Positions 62,850 through 64,000 of a DNA stretch of 64,000 nucleotides are shown in pieces. The translations under genes were made by a program, and so were the position numbers. The notes under the pieces are model-generated. The model saw only the letters and a program-made list of their open reading frames with translations. It ran no database searches and was not told the DNA's origin. Numbering within the stretch: the stretch's first letter is position 1; the number at the start of each line of letters is the position of its first letter. The DNA is from a bacterium (GTDB lineage: Bacteria; Patescibacteriota; CPR2; UBA1875; JAJYID01). Location of the stretch: contig JAJYLR010000001.1 in the NCBI GenBank assembly GCA_021787535.1, positions 83,648-147,647 on the forward strand. The letters run 5' to 3'.

Positions 62850-64000
62850 ATGTACGTTGCCATGAGCATGCGTTCGTTTGCGATTTCTCTGATCGGTATC
62901 TTCATCCCAATCTACCTTTTCACGATCGGATACTCGCTTCGGAACATATTCCTTTTCTATATCATGGCAAATACTTTTCAGTTTGTTGGTGATTATTTGT
63001 CCGGTCATGGCATAGCCAGATATGGCGCTAAGCATTTGCTAATCGCCAGCTATCCGATGATGGCCGTCAATTTGACCATGCTTGTTACAATGAAAACTTT
63101 CCATTGGCCGCTTTGGGCTTTGGCCCTCACTACCGCTGTTGCCTTAAATCTCTTCTGGACTCCGTATCACGATGATTTTTCAAAAGCAAAAGATAAAAAG
63201 TCAGCGGGAAGACAGGTCGGCAGATGGATTATTTTGTCAGAAGTTTGCGGCGCTTTCGGACCTTTGCTTGGCGGCATTATTGCTCAAAGGTTTGGTATGA
63301 CTTATGGCATTATCGCGGCACTTGTCATAGTGGTCGGGGCAATGATCCCGCTTCTAGGCAAACACGAAATAGTGCCCAGAAAACCTTTCAATCGAAGCGC
63401 CTGTTCAGTCAAAAAATATTATAAAGATCTGATCGCATATGGAGGTTTAAGTTTGGAGGGAATGACGGTTGGCGTGGTCTGGCCGCTTTTCCTATACTTT
63501 TTTATCAGGGATTTTGCCAAAGTGGGCTTCATTGTCACAATGTCGTTTTTGCTCGTCATATTTTTATCGCTTCTTATTGGCAAATTGACTGATCAATACG
63601 GGAAAGAAAGGGCAATGAAAACTGGGAGTGTCGTAACATTTTTTACTGCGGGATCGCGCGTACTAACATCGGGGGTCTCTATGGCTTATGTGATTGGTAC
63701 CGTTTCGTCGCTTTCCCAGATATTTCTCCTTATCCCTTTCTATAGCGTATTCTATATCCATGCGGATAAAGAACCAAGGACAGAGTATGTGACGCTGATG
63801 GAAATGTCGGTTGATGTTTTTCGCGGGATTCTTTATGGGATTATGTACGCAAGTACTTTCTTTCTGCCGGTTCGCTATGTCTTCTTAATTGCTTTCTGTT
63901 TCGCGGCAGTCGGCGCTCTCACAACCAGCTTAATTGCCCGATCTGGTAAGAGTTTGCCAAAGCAAATTAAAACTCATAGAGAAATTGCAAAGGCCAGGGT
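62850..64000 (+). CDS. Polytopic membrane transporter-like protein (MFS-like), truncated at the 3' end by the window. Not in the ORF track because there is no stop.
   Basis: Manual translation from the ATG at 62850 (MYVAMSMRSFAISLIGIFIPIYLF...) stays open to the window end, with many hydrophobic helices. It is in frame with an upstream GTG at 62805. Confidence 0.5.
   Translation, partial: MYVAMSMRSFAISLIGIFIPIYLFTIGYSLRNIFLFYIMANTFQFVGDYLSGHGIARYGAKHLLIASYPMMAVNLTMLVTMKTFHWPLWALALTTAVALNLFWTPYHDDFSKAKDKKSAGRQVGRWIILSEVCGAFGPLLGGIIAQRFGMTYGIIAALVIVVGAMIPLLGKHEIVPRKPFNRSACSVKKYYKDLIAYGGLSLEGMTVGVVWPLFLYFFIRDFAKVGFIVTMSFLLVIFLSLLIGKLTDQYGKERAMKTGSVVTFFTAGSRVLTSGVSMAYVIGTVSSLSQIFLLIPFYSVFYIHADKEPRTEYVTLMEMSVDVFRGILYGIMYASTFFLPVRYVFLIAFCFAAVGALTTSLIARSGKSLPKQIKTHREIAKAR

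Noticed and set aside
1-64000. rRNA, tRNA, tmRNA, riboswitch or CRISPR features
   Set aside because: No convincing 16S/23S/5S signatures, cloverleaf candidates or repeat-spacer arrays were seen. An FMN-riboswitch-like GAAAUUC...CCGAC fragment at 12500-12525 is too partial to call.

Overview
This 64-kb window is AT-rich (~40% GC) and densely coding. It looks like a reduced-genome fermentative bacterium of the Patescibacteria/CPR type, though that taxonomic call is an inference, not a search result.

The 5' end (1-12.3 kb) is an accessory block. It holds a Type III restriction-modification operon with an extra small gene wedged between mod and res. Next to it is a plasmid/ICE-like remnant: a replication-relaxation protein, a VirD4/TraD-type coupling ATPase, a Clp-fold serine protease and small unknowns.

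The remainder is mostly core metabolism and housekeeping. It includes a gap-pgk-tpiA-fba operon, eno, an archaeal-type phosphoglycerate mutase and PEP synthase. There is also an ADP-forming acetyl-CoA synthetase and a four-subunit 2-oxoacid:ferredoxin oxidoreductase. Housekeeping genes include rnhA, uvrD, rsmA, rsmI, metG, a Clp ATPase and an RpfB-like transglycosylase protein. Two tandem giant paralogous surface proteins (1873 and 1289 aa) carry a pectate-lyase-type beta-helix (tailspike-like). A MerR-HTH/GHKL-kinase plus STAS pair lies immediately downstream of them.

The most unusual feature is a family of short palindromic elements with co-travelling heptamer microsatellites. The elements end in GTCATTC...GAATGAC. 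Many copies sit in frame inside conserved genes (ppsA, acs, uvrD, rsmI, porA, porB, metG and a membrane glycosyltransferase-like gene). They are translated into D-S-G-Q-A-R-M-T-like peptides, extend C-termini, and in one case supply the stop codon. This resembles Rickettsia palindromic elements (RPEs).

A ~0.7-kb GC-rich promoter-to-terminator unit with no credible ORF (53.38-54.10 kb) is a candidate large structured ncRNA. No rRNA, tRNA or CRISPR array was recognised. All calls rest on reading the sequence and the ORF translations; no searches were run.
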